Positions 39,814-53,129 of a DNA stretch of 64,000 nucleotides are shown here, piece by piece (position 1 is the stretch's first letter; each line of letters starts with the position of its first letter). The notes beneath the pieces are model-generated. The model did no database searches and was not told the origin of the DNA. It saw only the letters and a program-made list of their open reading frames with translations. Source of the DNA: Chrysomallon squamiferum (taxonomy: Eukaryota; Animalia; Mollusca); NCBI GenBank assembly GCA_012295275.1, contig CM022671.1:33046001-33110000 (forward strand), read 5' to 3'. The translations under genes and the position numbers were made by a program.

Positions 39814-42800
39814 TCTGGAAACATGTAATAAAAACAACAATTTGAATTCACAGAAGATTTAATTTTGAACTAGTAGCTAAAGTAATGTGACATGTTATCA
39901 AGAATGCACCTGAAATGCTAAAAACAGAAGTTATAAATGAAATATCTGTTAACTGAAAAGTTAAAACGAATATTTAATTTTAAAGAATCAACTCTTGATT
40001 CTTAATATAATTTTAGATTAAAAATATGTTTTTATTAAGTAATAATGTTTTATAATTTATCAGAAGTTCCTAATAATGAACATTTAATTGAAATTTATGA
40101 TAATGAGCACAAAAGTTCAGAAATGCTAACTTATTTAAATAATGAATCATGAACTGAAAGCTAAACTATGAACCGTTTAACACAAAGATGACTGGGACAA
40201 CAAAAAACACACCAAATAATAGCTAATCCCAAAGCACTGTAAATTTTCTTTTTTACCTCATTACTAATTCAAATTACTTTATTTATATTCCTTTAAAAAA
40301 AAAAAAAAAAGTATTAATTAGAAAATTAAATCCCTAGACTTTCATTTATTTATTACTTCATCCAGTGTTGTATATATCTAAGAATTCAGATGGTGTTTTT
40401 GAATTTTGCTGTGAAAAATTTCCAACTGTAAAAATAATGATTTTGTTGAATAGCTGTTGTATGCACTACAGTTATCATCATCATCATCATCATCATCACT
40501 GACTGAGTTGTAATAATTTCTTGCTTGTAAAAAAAATACTTTGTATTTTCAGCCCTTAAAAAATTATAATTTTACTTGAAGAAAAAAAAACAAGAATTGT
40601 TTGTTAAATTCGGCATTAGAGATTGTTGTTGTTTTGTATAGTTGTTTTTCTTTGTTTTTGTTTTTTTTTAATCTTTGTTTGTGAGTGAATGTATGTTTTT
40701 GTTTTTAGAATTTTATTTTCTAGTTATAAATTAGTTGATCTAATTACTAATAATGATATTTATGTATCAGAAGATGAAATTTTTGTTATTGTTTTTGTTT
40801 TACATGTGTGTTTTAGAAACATTGTTTCCTGCTTGCAGAGAAGGTGATTAGATAAATCAGATTTAAGTACAGTGTATTTTTTATGAGATTTATGTAATTT
40901 TGTGGGATATTGTTTATTTATTTTTATATTATAATTTGTTGATAAACAAGATGATTAAAAGATTACAAACTGTCTTTTTTGTAACTACAGTACAATGGGA
41001 AAAAACAAGAACAGTGTGCAATAACATGATATGAATATTTTTAATAATTTTAATCAAAAATAGAAAATTTAAAAATATATAAAAAGTAACATAAATTCAG
41101 GAAACATTTTTTTTTTTTTTAATTACACTCAGATTTACACATCCTGAATTGTAGTTGTCTTTTTAAAATTACTTTTATTAATTTTTTTTTTTATTATGCT
41201 TTCTTCTATTTTTTTAAAAAAAGAAAAGAAAAAGAATTATGATATACATTTGTTTCCTAATCATGTTATCACAGAACACTGGGAAAGACATGAATTTTGT
41301 GTAAAATGTGATAAATTAATCTCATTTGCTCTAAAGTTACATCTAATGCAAAAATGCTAACAATAAATTGAAGATGTGCCTGCAGAATGTACTTAATTCA
41401 CATTTTAATTAACAGTAGGAATACTATTGTATGATTCAGTGAGTATACCATACTTTATAAATCTGGTCATGCAGGAAAAATACTTTTTAACTCAGATATA
41501 ATTAAAAGACAAATATTTCTTACATGCATATATAATTCAATATATATGTAATTTATGTGTGCCCAAGATGAAAGATTTGTTGATTATTGTAGTCAAGTGC
41601 AATATACAAAAAATGTAACATTTACTCTCTGCCTTTTACTATTTACAATTTCAACATTTTTCTGTTTTTCTTGGAAAAAATGCATTGTTATATGTTATTT
41701 GTGTTATTTCATTGTTATAACACAGCTTACTCTTTATGTCACAGATATACACAGATATGTGAGGAAAATAAATAAAAATGTCAAAATTTTAATAAAGTTT
41801 TCATTGATGATGGTACCATTTTCTTTTTATAATTAGTTTTGTTTGTTTACAAATAGACATTTTGCACATTGCAGTTAAACAAAAATGTAAATTTCAAATT
41901 TTTTAATCCAGAAATTTGTCTTTGGTTTGTAAAGTCACACTTTTAAATCTTTATATGTTAGTACTAACATTAAACAGAAAAGATTTTCAAAAAGAATTAA
42001 CTGAATATAATTTAGAAGTGTGAAACATTATGATATAAATACAAGTATTAAAATTTTAAACTTAGCTATAGAGAAATAAATAATGAAAATTTTGAAAAGA
42101 AACGGTAAAATATCAAAGTCATGATGTTTTTTAACAATCATTAGAGCTGTTTGGATGTGTATGAAAGAAATTTTGGTTTATTTAGTTATAAATAAATTCA
42201 GAGATTTGTAAATGAAAATGCTCTATCACTACAAGGTTTTGGTGGTGGGATCCAAGTCTACTTAATATTTTTATTTCACAGACTATATATTATGAGTATT
42301 TTTCTTTCTTTTTCAGTATTTGTAAATTGCAAGTATAGCATACAATAATTTATTAAATATTTTAATATAAATTTGTTAGATGTTTCAGCTTTTAGTAAAT
42401 AATAATAATAATAATAATTATTATTATTATTACTGTTATGTTATTATTATTATTGTTATTATTAGTGTTCTTATTATTTATATATATATATATATTCATC
42501 TAAACTGACAGCTTTGGTACTTTCAGTATATCTATACTATCATATTAATTTATAAACTTTCATAATAGTATGTAAGCAGACGTATATGTTGTACTTATGC
42601 CTTTTGGAGGGGGGGATTTTTTTTGTTGTTGCTTTGTTCGTTTTTTTAGTTGGGTGTTCTGTATTGGGGGATTTTTTTTTGGAGAGTTCTTTTTGGGGGG
42701 CTGCTTTCAGGGGGATTTTTTAAAGAAAATATTATTATTATTAGCAGTTGTTTTTAAAACTTATTATTAATAATATCATTTTTAATCAGCAGCGATATTT

Positions 42801-42823
42801 GAACATAACTGTAATGAATAAAT

Positions 42824-43234
42824 TGACGTCAACATATGATGGCAGCTAAGTTAATAATGACAATCGATACAAATGTAACGAATCACTGGAAGTCTTCATA
42901 AAAACGATTCCGTTAGATTTAGGTATAAGCTATACCCGACGAGGGCCTCCGAAACGTTCAGTTCAGACACTGACAAGCACGTACAGCGTACGACAGCTTA
43001 AAGCAGACGTATTACTACGAGAACACTTGTAACATCGCAAGCATCCTACGTTACCTGTGTAGCTAATTCAGAAACTGTGCTAGGAGTGAATTTGCAAACA
43101 TAAGCGTGTGGTGCAAACATCGTCATTATCGCACAAATTATTTTATTTAAAGCTTTCAGCATATTTTAATATCTAAAATCTGTCTGTGGCTGTACGAATA
43201 GTTATATATGGTTTAATAAAAAAAAATCTCTATA

Positions 43235-43281
<47 letters not shown>

Positions 43282-44058
43282 CTTCCTTCCTTTGTTTGCT
43301 TTTAGGCGATCAAAATATGACAACAAAATTATACTTTTAGAGAAGTAAAACTACTAAACGCCGCCATTGTTACCTCTTCAGACTTGAATCGTGGCGTCAT
43401 CGTGTACGCGGTGGACTGATAGCTCTGTATTTTACGACACTAGAAGGCACTTTATGAGTAGACAGGGTCTGAGCTGTACTCAGTGATGTCACGACACTGA
43501 AAAATGAGTCGCCGGTATATTAATTGTATTCTTTTGTTGTTATATCCCCTCGAAATCAGAATGCAATTAATAAATCTAGGCCATGTAATTTGTCTGTATC
43601 GTGACATCATTGCGAGCAAACCGATTTTCTCTTAACTTTCTTTTATTTATTTATTCTCGGATATTGGATGAATTTTGCTTTAGTCAAATTTCACTGACAA
43701 GCTAAAATTATTCAAGATGTTTCTGTGTGGTCGAATGTACGGTACAATAGTAACAAAGAAGAGAAAAACCTTTTTTTTTTTTTTTAATTTTCTGTTATCT
43801 TGTCGATTCAGTAGCTAGAAATAATTAATCATATGTCTAGTGGTGAAATTTATAGCAATTTTTTAAAACATGATAAAATGTATGCAGCGAGGTTTTGTTT
43901 TAAAAATAGTGTAATGCCATTGTTTATATGAAACAATTTTGTGTTATTTGTTTGTCAGCAACAAATATATCTCATAAGCAAATGTGTATAATAAATATCA
44001 AATAGCTTGGAAGGTTTTGTTCTATTTGATTTCCATCAAAGTTTCTTTTTCTTCTTCT

Positions 44059-44104
<46 letters not shown>

Positions 44105-44702
44105 ATAAATAAAAAAAAAAAAAAAAAAAAAAATGACAACAAACAAACAAACAAAAAGATGTTAATACACTAGTGACGTCATGTTACCTGTCGATTAATT
44201 TCCTCAGATCTGCAGTTAAAGGCCTGATAAAACTGAATATATTATTTACGAATGTCTTTACATATTTAGAGAACCACTGCATAATAATAATAGCAACAAC
44301 AATATGATAATAATAATAATAACAATAATAATAATAATAATAATAAAAGCAATTATTATAATTATCATCATCATACTCATAATAATAATAATAATGACAT
44401 AATTTAAAAAAAAAAAAAAAAATGCTATCTTTACTCACTGAAACAGGAGCATCAACATAACATGACGTAACAAAATTATCTTTAATGTAGGTTTACGTTA
44501 TTTAATTTGAAAATATATGTTTGTATGTATGTATATATGTATCTATATATATCATGAATATTACCTGATCCAGCAAGCACAGAATGTTAGGTAGTAGTGA
44601 TGATATTTGTTACGTTCTTCCAATGGTGCATACATCTCCGTTGCTACTTGTTTCAAAAGTCCGGGTATTAATGGAGTTACGTAAGCTACAGTAGTGACGT
44701 CA
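42824..44702. promoter_or_regulatory. Cluster of CRE/ATF palindromes (putative bZIP-responsive enhancer)
   Basis: Perfect TGACGTCA at 42824, 44174 and 44695. Variants TGATGTCA 43484, TGACATCA 43602, TGACGTAA 44463 and TTACGTAA 44677. Confidence 0.45.
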
Positions 44703-47465
44703 TACCATTGTCACTATAGATGATTATTTTTCATAGCAGACATGCGATTGGCTGTGTATGTGTATGTCTATTACTCTATCCTTGAAGTGTAAAGCGATAA
44801 TTTATCTTGATAACATCGGGGAGGGTTATTTGCACAAACTCTAATGCGGTTATCACAGATGCAGTAAAACATGGATGAAAAAGAAAAATGCACAAGAAAT
44901 ATAATTATTGTTAAAACATTCACACTTTTTCTTACTTAACACTATGCCCCGCCCGGCGAGCGCGCCCCAGCATACCCGAACGTCGACCGGGCGTTCCCCG
45001 TGAGCGCACCGTCATACGCCAATGTTCATACTCCTTCAACTTTTCTTACTTTATTTATCGCATCGTTCATTTTAGTATCAAATCGTTCGCAGTATAAGTC
45101 TCTCTTTAGGATATATGCGTGTAATATAACAGATTTAATAGAATAGAATAACAGCATTACCGATACTTTAAGAGAAAGTACAACGTCATGTGCAAAAAGT
45201 CGGCTCTTTATGTTAATGCTTGTCATTATTCATTGCTGACATTTTTGTTTTCTTTCTTTCTTTCTCTATTTCATTAATTTTTGTCTTGCTTTGTTCATAG
45301 GTGTTTGTTCCACTATATTATACATATAAATTAATGAATAAACCAACGCTCCACCAACGCGCCGAGCGTTTTAAAAAGAAACTAACATTTTATTTTATTT
45401 CTGGTTATAGGAAGAATGGGAAGTCGTTTGGCCCATTTTAAAACAAGTCCCAGAATGATCGGATAATCAATGGATTTTTGGCCAATTTTTTTATTTCGAT
45501 GACTAAAATAACGTCCTACGGGAGGTTTGTTTGGATGGCGAAAATAGTCAAAGTGTTCACTAACAGCCATATATATATATATATATATTCTTTTATAAGT
45601 AACATAAAACAATAATGTTTCAGAAACTTTTGATCTAGTAATAATTGATTCGTTCTCATTTTCATTCAAAATATTTCATGGTTTCATTTTATTTTATTTT
45701 ATTTATTTCTTTCTTTCGTTTATCCGTTTTAATTTCTTTTCTTTTTTCTTGACCTTGTCCACCTTTTTTTAATATTCTTCTGACATGCGTCAATCGAAAT
45801 TAGTTCTTTTTTAATTAACTTTTCATTTCACTTTTCTCCCAAATCAACAAATCGACATTGCGACTGCACTCAGTTCAAGAATTCTGACCCTGTATGTTAC
45901 AACAAGAAAAAAACACAAAAAAAGACAGAAGTGTTTTCAGAAAATCTTTGTGATTAGTCTCTGTCCGCATGACAGGCGAAGTAATATCTAAATCTGATCC
46001 AAACACACATCTGGACATTATTAACGAATCCTCTGGAACCGTTTTAAATCCACTGCTGGATCAAGCACATCTGTTTTATAATAAATTAACTTGGGTTGTC
46101 CTTCTAAACCGTGTTAGAAGGCTAAAATTCACAAAATCCATCGTCCAATAAAAACCGATTCGCGAAATAGTTTTTAAGTATCTTCAGCAAAAACGGACGA
46201 CTTGTTCAAGAAAAGAAAGCGAATCCTGCTGATTATAGAAAAATTTGTTTTGGGGTATGTGATGAAATCGAAAATGTACCAAGAGACATTCCTTGAAGTA
46301 TTCATCATGCTGGTTAGAAAATTGTGTAATCGCTGAGCTCTCTAATCCCTGAGAGAGGTAAAAGAACAGTGCTTTGTTAGACAAATATACGAAAATGGCT
46401 TTTAACTCAGTCCGTCGCAAAGAATCGTGAACTTCAAATTAACTACATGAAAAGAAAAAGAAAATTGTCTAAATTTTAACTATATAGAATTTTGTTTGAC
46501 ATAATCATCGTCATCGTCATCGTCGTCATCATCATCATCATAATAATAATAACAACAACAACAACAATAATAATAATAATAATATTGTTATTATTATAAA
46601 TACTTACATTATTTAAAACTCAGACAGCCGTTAATACACACACAAAAAAATAATAAAACACCTCTTTGTAACGGCCCAAATATTGTAAACAACACTTAAG
46701 TTATATACAGCTTAACACAATATTCCCTCACACTTTCACACAGACACTACCACATTCCACACCAATACGTGTTGAGCGCACACAAATACGTACATGCACG
46801 CGCACACACAGACACACATCATCAAAATATCTATTCCACCACCCTCTGAGTCAGCGCCCCAGGGCTCATTACAGCGGGACAGCCCTGACACACAATCCAA
46901 TTATCGCTGACCCTATCACTGAGGCCTCTTCAGCTGACGACCACCGTACTCTGTGTGATTGAAAAACTGAATACTCGAGAGAGACGAGATGGAGGTTTCG
47001 TTTAACACGCGGACAAATGCGCCATTCATAACATTACGGTCGTTATTTTCTAATAGGAGATGACATGTCCTAGCTTGATGATATTACACAAAAATGAAAT
47101 AGCAGTCATACGATTGCATGATATGACAGCGGTCTGGAAAACATAGGAAAAGAGCTGGAGAGAAAAGAAAAAAAAAATATATGACGATGCGAGAACAGGA
47201 CAATGTAATAAGGCTGTCTTGACAGTGTTATTGGTGGAAGCGCTGAAATGATTTCCTTTTAGTTTGATTTAAATCATAATCCTTTGTGACTATATTTATT
47301 ACATCACAACTATTAAATCTGTTTTATTATTTTATTTATATATTTTTCTTTCCTTTTTTTTTCTGTCTTTCTTTCTTGCTTCAATTATTTATTTATTTTA
47401 TTATTAATTAATAAATTAATTAATTAATTAATTAATAATTATTATTATTATAATAATAATAATTA

Positions 47466-47506
<41 letters not shown>

Positions 47507-47794
47507 CGTTGTAGTTGTAGATTTCCATTACTTTACATTAAATGTCATAGATTAAAAAAGAAAAAAGATTTAATACATAAAATAATATAAACGTCAAGCA
47601 CAAATATAAATCAAGACAAGAAATGAAATGTAATTAATATGAAATTATTTTATAAATCTTTAAACATTAGATGATAAAAAATAAATGATCATCTCAACCT
47701 CAGAACCGCCATTAATCCTGCCTTTTATTCTGTCATAAAATACGATCAAGCGTTACAACTGTTTGTAACGTCACTGTTAAAAAACATTGATTAC

Positions 47795-48195
47795 AATCAT
47801 CTTATCGGTCATCATAACTCTTTTCATCACTGTCGTCAGATTTTACTATTATCATCATCTGTTACCATCATCACCATCATCATTTACCTTTTTCCTCAAA
47901 TAAGAGATCATCATCTAAAGTTATGATCATCAACTATTATCATTATCATCAGTCGTTATCATTATCATCACCACTTTAACATCATTTCTTATCATCATCA
48001 TGAGACTTTATCATCATTAGAATGATACATTTTCATTACCATCATCCGTTATCATTTTCATCTGCAGTCAACATTATCATCAGACGTTGTTATTATTATT
48101 ATAACAGGATATCATCATCATAACCTATACTGTAATCACCAGTCCTATCCCTTTCATCATCATCGCTAGTTTCATCTATCATCATCACCATAATT
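47795..48195. repeat. Degenerate (ATC)n low-complexity tract
   Basis: Interrupted CAT/ATC repeats over ~400 bp. Confidence 0.8.
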
Positions 48196-48522
48196 TTTCA
48201 ATATCTTTTGAAGTTTTCACTGCCTTTACTCAGTTATTAAACAGGCATCAATATTAAAGCAATATCTAATTTTCTCTTTCACTAATCGAAAACACTTGAC
48301 CGCAAGCCTCTGCCTTCGCTTCAGGATGATTCTACTGTTTCATACTTGACGATCAATAAGCGTAAAAAACAACTTAATTATTTAATTTCTTTTTTTTTTT
48401 ACTTTTTTTTAAATCTTTCATTACCACGCTAGTTCACGCTTTTATATCAGTTATGTTCAATACGTTATTTAGTTTATGTACTGACTTATCTGTCAGTTGT
48501 TGTCTCTGTTGTTTATTTATCT

Positions 48523-48618
<96 letters not shown>

Positions 48619-48943
48619 GTACGTGAATATATGTGTGTATCTGTGTGTGTGTATATATGTATGTTTTTATGTATGTAGGTATATTATGTGGGTGTGTATG
48701 TATATATTATGTATGTATGTATATGAACGCATATGTTTGGGTGTACACATGGCTGTATGTGTTTATGTCATTGTGTATATATATGTATATATGTAAATCA
48801 AAGAAGTTACACAAAAAGGTTTCGAAAGAATTAATTATTTCTTGTTCTTCTTTCTGCTTCTTCGTAATCTTTTTCTTGTTCTTTCATCATCATTTCGTCT
48901 TCTCTTGTTCTTTTTTTCTTTTCTTTTTCTATCTTCTTCATCA

Positions 48944-48974
<31 letters not shown>

Positions 48975-49350
48975 CCGAAGCGAAGTTAGAATGAAAACGA
49001 AATAGACGCCGTCTTGCTGATTAACGTATCAATCCGCTGGGAGCCATACCTTACACAAGATGACTCATCCGAAGAAAAAACCCATTTGAAGAAATACGTT
49101 TAAAGCTATTGGGATTCGATCCCTAACACTGCTAAGTGCTGACATTTAGTAGTTGATCTGGAGAAGAAATAAAGGATGTTGATAATTTATACGTTAAGAT
49201 TTAGTTCGGTGTTTTGAAATTATTTGTAATTGAATTGCATTACGTTTTGTTGTTTTGCTGGTGGGGGTGTCCGTTATTTTTAACATTCATCAGTATGTTT
49301 GTGTGTTTGTGTGTGTGTGTGTTTATGTGGGTGTGGGTGTGTGCAGTTGG

Positions 49351-49447
<97 letters not shown>

Positions 49448-49691
49448 TATACCTGTATTTATACGTATCTTCTTTCATTTATATGTGCTTATACATCAGT
49501 TTATTTATCCATCCATCCATTCATCTATCCATCAGTCCATCTGTTTCAATTTAAATATCTTCTCTCCCCGTTCGTTTTTCCTGAGATTCTCTGTGTTAAC
49601 TTTACCAGCTAACAAGATATTTCCCTTTTGACAAGTTTCATTTATTTTTCACTCATTACTGCCTTTTTATTTCCAAAATCGCTTTACTTGA

Positions 49692-49725
<34 letters not shown>

Positions 49726-49815
49726 TTTTTTTTTTTTTCACTCACTGACAGAATTCATATAGCAGAGGCAAATGATCTAAGAACTCCTTTGACCAGTGAA
49801 TAAAAGAAATAATTT

Positions 49816-49895
<80 letters not shown>

Positions 49896-49981
49896 TCACT
49901 GAAATTACTGTTTTGATCAATATGATTAATCATTCATATATACAGATAATCATTTTTATTTTTTTATTTTTTATTTTTTTA

Positions 49982-50022
<41 letters not shown>

Positions 50023-51400
50023 TTAAATAATTTACCAGTGTAATTTATAGAGCGTTCTTTAATACAACCAGCCCTCATTGATTTCCGTGTAATGACTCGA
50101 GTTCTTTCGGCTGTCTTACATTTGTAGTACAGAAGATAACACGTTCTTATCGTACTATTTAACATAATTTTACTGAAGAACCCAAAATAAGAGGTACCGT
50201 GAGAGTCGTAAATGTTTCGTAATGGAAAGTAATGACTTTTTATTTCAGTTTAAAGAATCCTGTGATCTGATTTTTGACAACATTACAAGCTGCATAGGAT
50301 GAAAGAAAGTAGTATTTATCAATAATTTATAAGTAAATATTGAAAGTCTATCATCACTTGTGGTTTCCTATAAATGTTACCCCATCCCACCCAAAAGGCA
50401 AAAGCCATCCATAGTTTGATAAATAAATAATAAATGATTCTGCTTAATCGTCTGTTTTAGTCTATCAGTTGGAATTTATGGTAATATAATTCAGGACAAA
50501 ATGCCTCTGGGATATGGTATTTATTTCGTTTGTCTATACGGACCTGTATCTTTATTTGTAGATTGTTCAGGTGGCCGCGTTCAAACGAAACAACTGTAGC
50601 AGACGTCTCACGGGCGATAGTTTGTGGCTTACAATCCCTCCTTTTACTCGAGAGATCCATCTCTCTGCGCCAAGCATGATAACGCTAATTAGAACGGTCC
50701 GTTTTTCAGAATAATTCAAGATTGGAATTACATGGAAATAACAGCGAATCCCGATAGTATGATATATTCTTCTGCTCTTCGCGCTAATTGTACACACACA
50801 CACACACACGCACTCATACATACATAATCAAAATATTTAATTTATTTATGAAAGAAGAAGAAAAATGATTTTAGCTAATGAATATAATTTAAACATGAAT
50901 CATATATGTGGATAAGAACAATATAGATGAGACGGAAAAGCAATAGCTTGTATTTATTACAAGAAATCCTTCAAATATATTTCCTTAATTAGAAAAATAC
51001 TTACGTTTAATAAACCAGCTGTGGGACATTGAATGATCCTGCATTTAACAACATCAATCAATAAAAAACAAAATTAATTAATTAATATTCAAAATAGTTC
51101 TAATAATAATAAAGTATGTAATAAAATAAAATAAATAGATAGATAAACAAACAAATTAATAAAATAATAATAATGATGATGATGATGATGATGATGATAA
51201 TAACAACAACAACAACAAACAAACAAACAATGTTAATGTACAAAATCTGTCGCAAAAATACAAAATCATTACACTTCTATAAATAAAAGCTGTGTACCAT
51301 TTATTTCGTAATTTGCAATAAAATCAGTGGAAAACTGCAGGAGGTGAAGGAAACCAAATTATTGTGTGGATCCATGTGCGACAAATTGCAATTTCCGTGG

Positions 51401-51615
51401 AGGGAATTCCTTCGGTGGAAGCAACTCGTGCTGGTCACCTGCTGCATTCTTACAGATCAATGACGCATTGAGAATCCCCCTGTCGTCTGTTTCAAATAGC
51501 AGACGACAACTGGAGAGCGCAATCACATTGGCGAAAATGGAAGAAGTGTCATTTTGGTGTCTCTTGTTGGGGCAGTGACCTGTAGAATGACTGTGCTTAC
51601 CCGAAGGAATTCTCT
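51401..51615 (+). ncRNA. Putative structured RNA element of unknown class (cis-element or ncRNA) upstream of the LHFPL-like CDS
   Basis: 15-bp closing stem 51401-51415/51601-51615 enclosing several further helices with G-U pairs. Folded by eye; I do not recognise the family. Confidence 0.45.
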
Positions 51616-52362
51616 ATTAAACGGTGGCGAGATAGAAAGGATGGAACGAAATAATTAAACCATTAAATCAATGGGATGAGTGTATCCGATAGCAGCTTCC
51701 TCTTGTACACGGAGTTACTTGTTGAAAACGTAATTTTTACGGCTTTGAAATCGGCAATGGTTTATTTCAACAGTTCCTTCCTAAAGAAGTTTTCAGTTTG
51801 TAACGTTTAAATAAATGTTCCAGTTTTAGCATCAAAAATACTTAATGAATATTTTATTTGTGAATTCAGTTGGAACTTATATAATTATCAACATCAGAAA
51901 ATTCTAGTTCTGGTTTTACGTTAGATGCTTTCTGGCAGGAATTCTGGAATCAAATTTTGAAACTGAAAATCGAAAATGGATGTTTGACTTAAATGGAATT
52001 TTATTATTAAATCAGTATTTTTCGACTGCATAAAATGCAGAAAAAAATGTTTTCTTCCAGAATTAAACAAATATTAACAAAGATCACAGTTTGAAATTAT
52101 TATTTGGATTGTACTGAAGAAACTATTTTTTTTCTCTCTCTCTCTCTTTTTTTTTTTTTTAAATGTAACAAGGAAAATATTTTTTTTTTTTTTTTAATGT
52201 CAGATCATTATCTATAGATAAAGCTTTTGGCAGAATTATAAGCTATGTTTTCAGTTTTTAAATTGCCTTATTCAAAATCTAATTTGATATTTATATAAAA
52301 ATTAAAAATTAAAAAGCCAAATGTTTAATTCTTTTTTTTATAAACTGAAAAATGACTGGAAC

Positions 52363-53057
52363 ATGTCTGTTTCGCCTATCATCGTAATCTGGTCGGTAGT
52401 TTCCGTTATAGTATCCATTGCCTGTACGACAAGTTTCGTCTTTCCGCACTGGATCATGCACCCGGATCTTTTACACTCATTCGGAATGTTTAATTACTGT
52501 GTCAGAAATACCCGGACTTCGGCTACGACGTCATCGTGTTTGACATATGCCGGCAACGCTGGTGTGACAAAAATTCCTTCAGGGGCTTGGAATGCTTCTT
52601 GCATTTTGTTTGGAAGCGGGTGTGTGTTTCAGTGTACGGCTGCCATTGTTTCAGTCACTGCTCTGTTTGTGAGGAAAAAATGGCATCGCAGAGTAGCAGT
52701 GGCTGATGGCTACATACAGACAGTCGCAGGTATGTCTACGGTTTTGACTACAATTTATATTTTTATTTGTTTATTCATTCGTTCGTTTGTTCGTTTCTTT
52801 TAACTGAACTTTTAATATGTTTTCTGTTAATCCTTCCATTCATCCATCCAATGATCTAGATTGAAAGATAGAAAGATAGATAGATAGATGGACAGATGGA
52901 TGGAAAGACAGACATACAGACAGTCAGACAAATAGACGGATAGCCAGAGAAATAGATAGATAGAAATGACTTACAGGTCGATAAAAAGATGTAAAGGTGG
53001 ATTTTGAGAGAATAATCTTTTTTCTTTCTTTCTTTCTTATTTCTTCTTCTTCTTCAT

Positions 53058-53129
<72 letters not shown>

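Noticed and set aside
46851-46886. REST/RE1-like element (TCAGCGCC ... GGACAGCCC)
   Set aside because: Half-site spacing is far from canonical and the matches are imperfect.
51366-51578. 70-aa ORF overlapping the structured element
   Set aside because: Starts at GTG with no homology recognised; the base-pairing pattern explains the sequence better.
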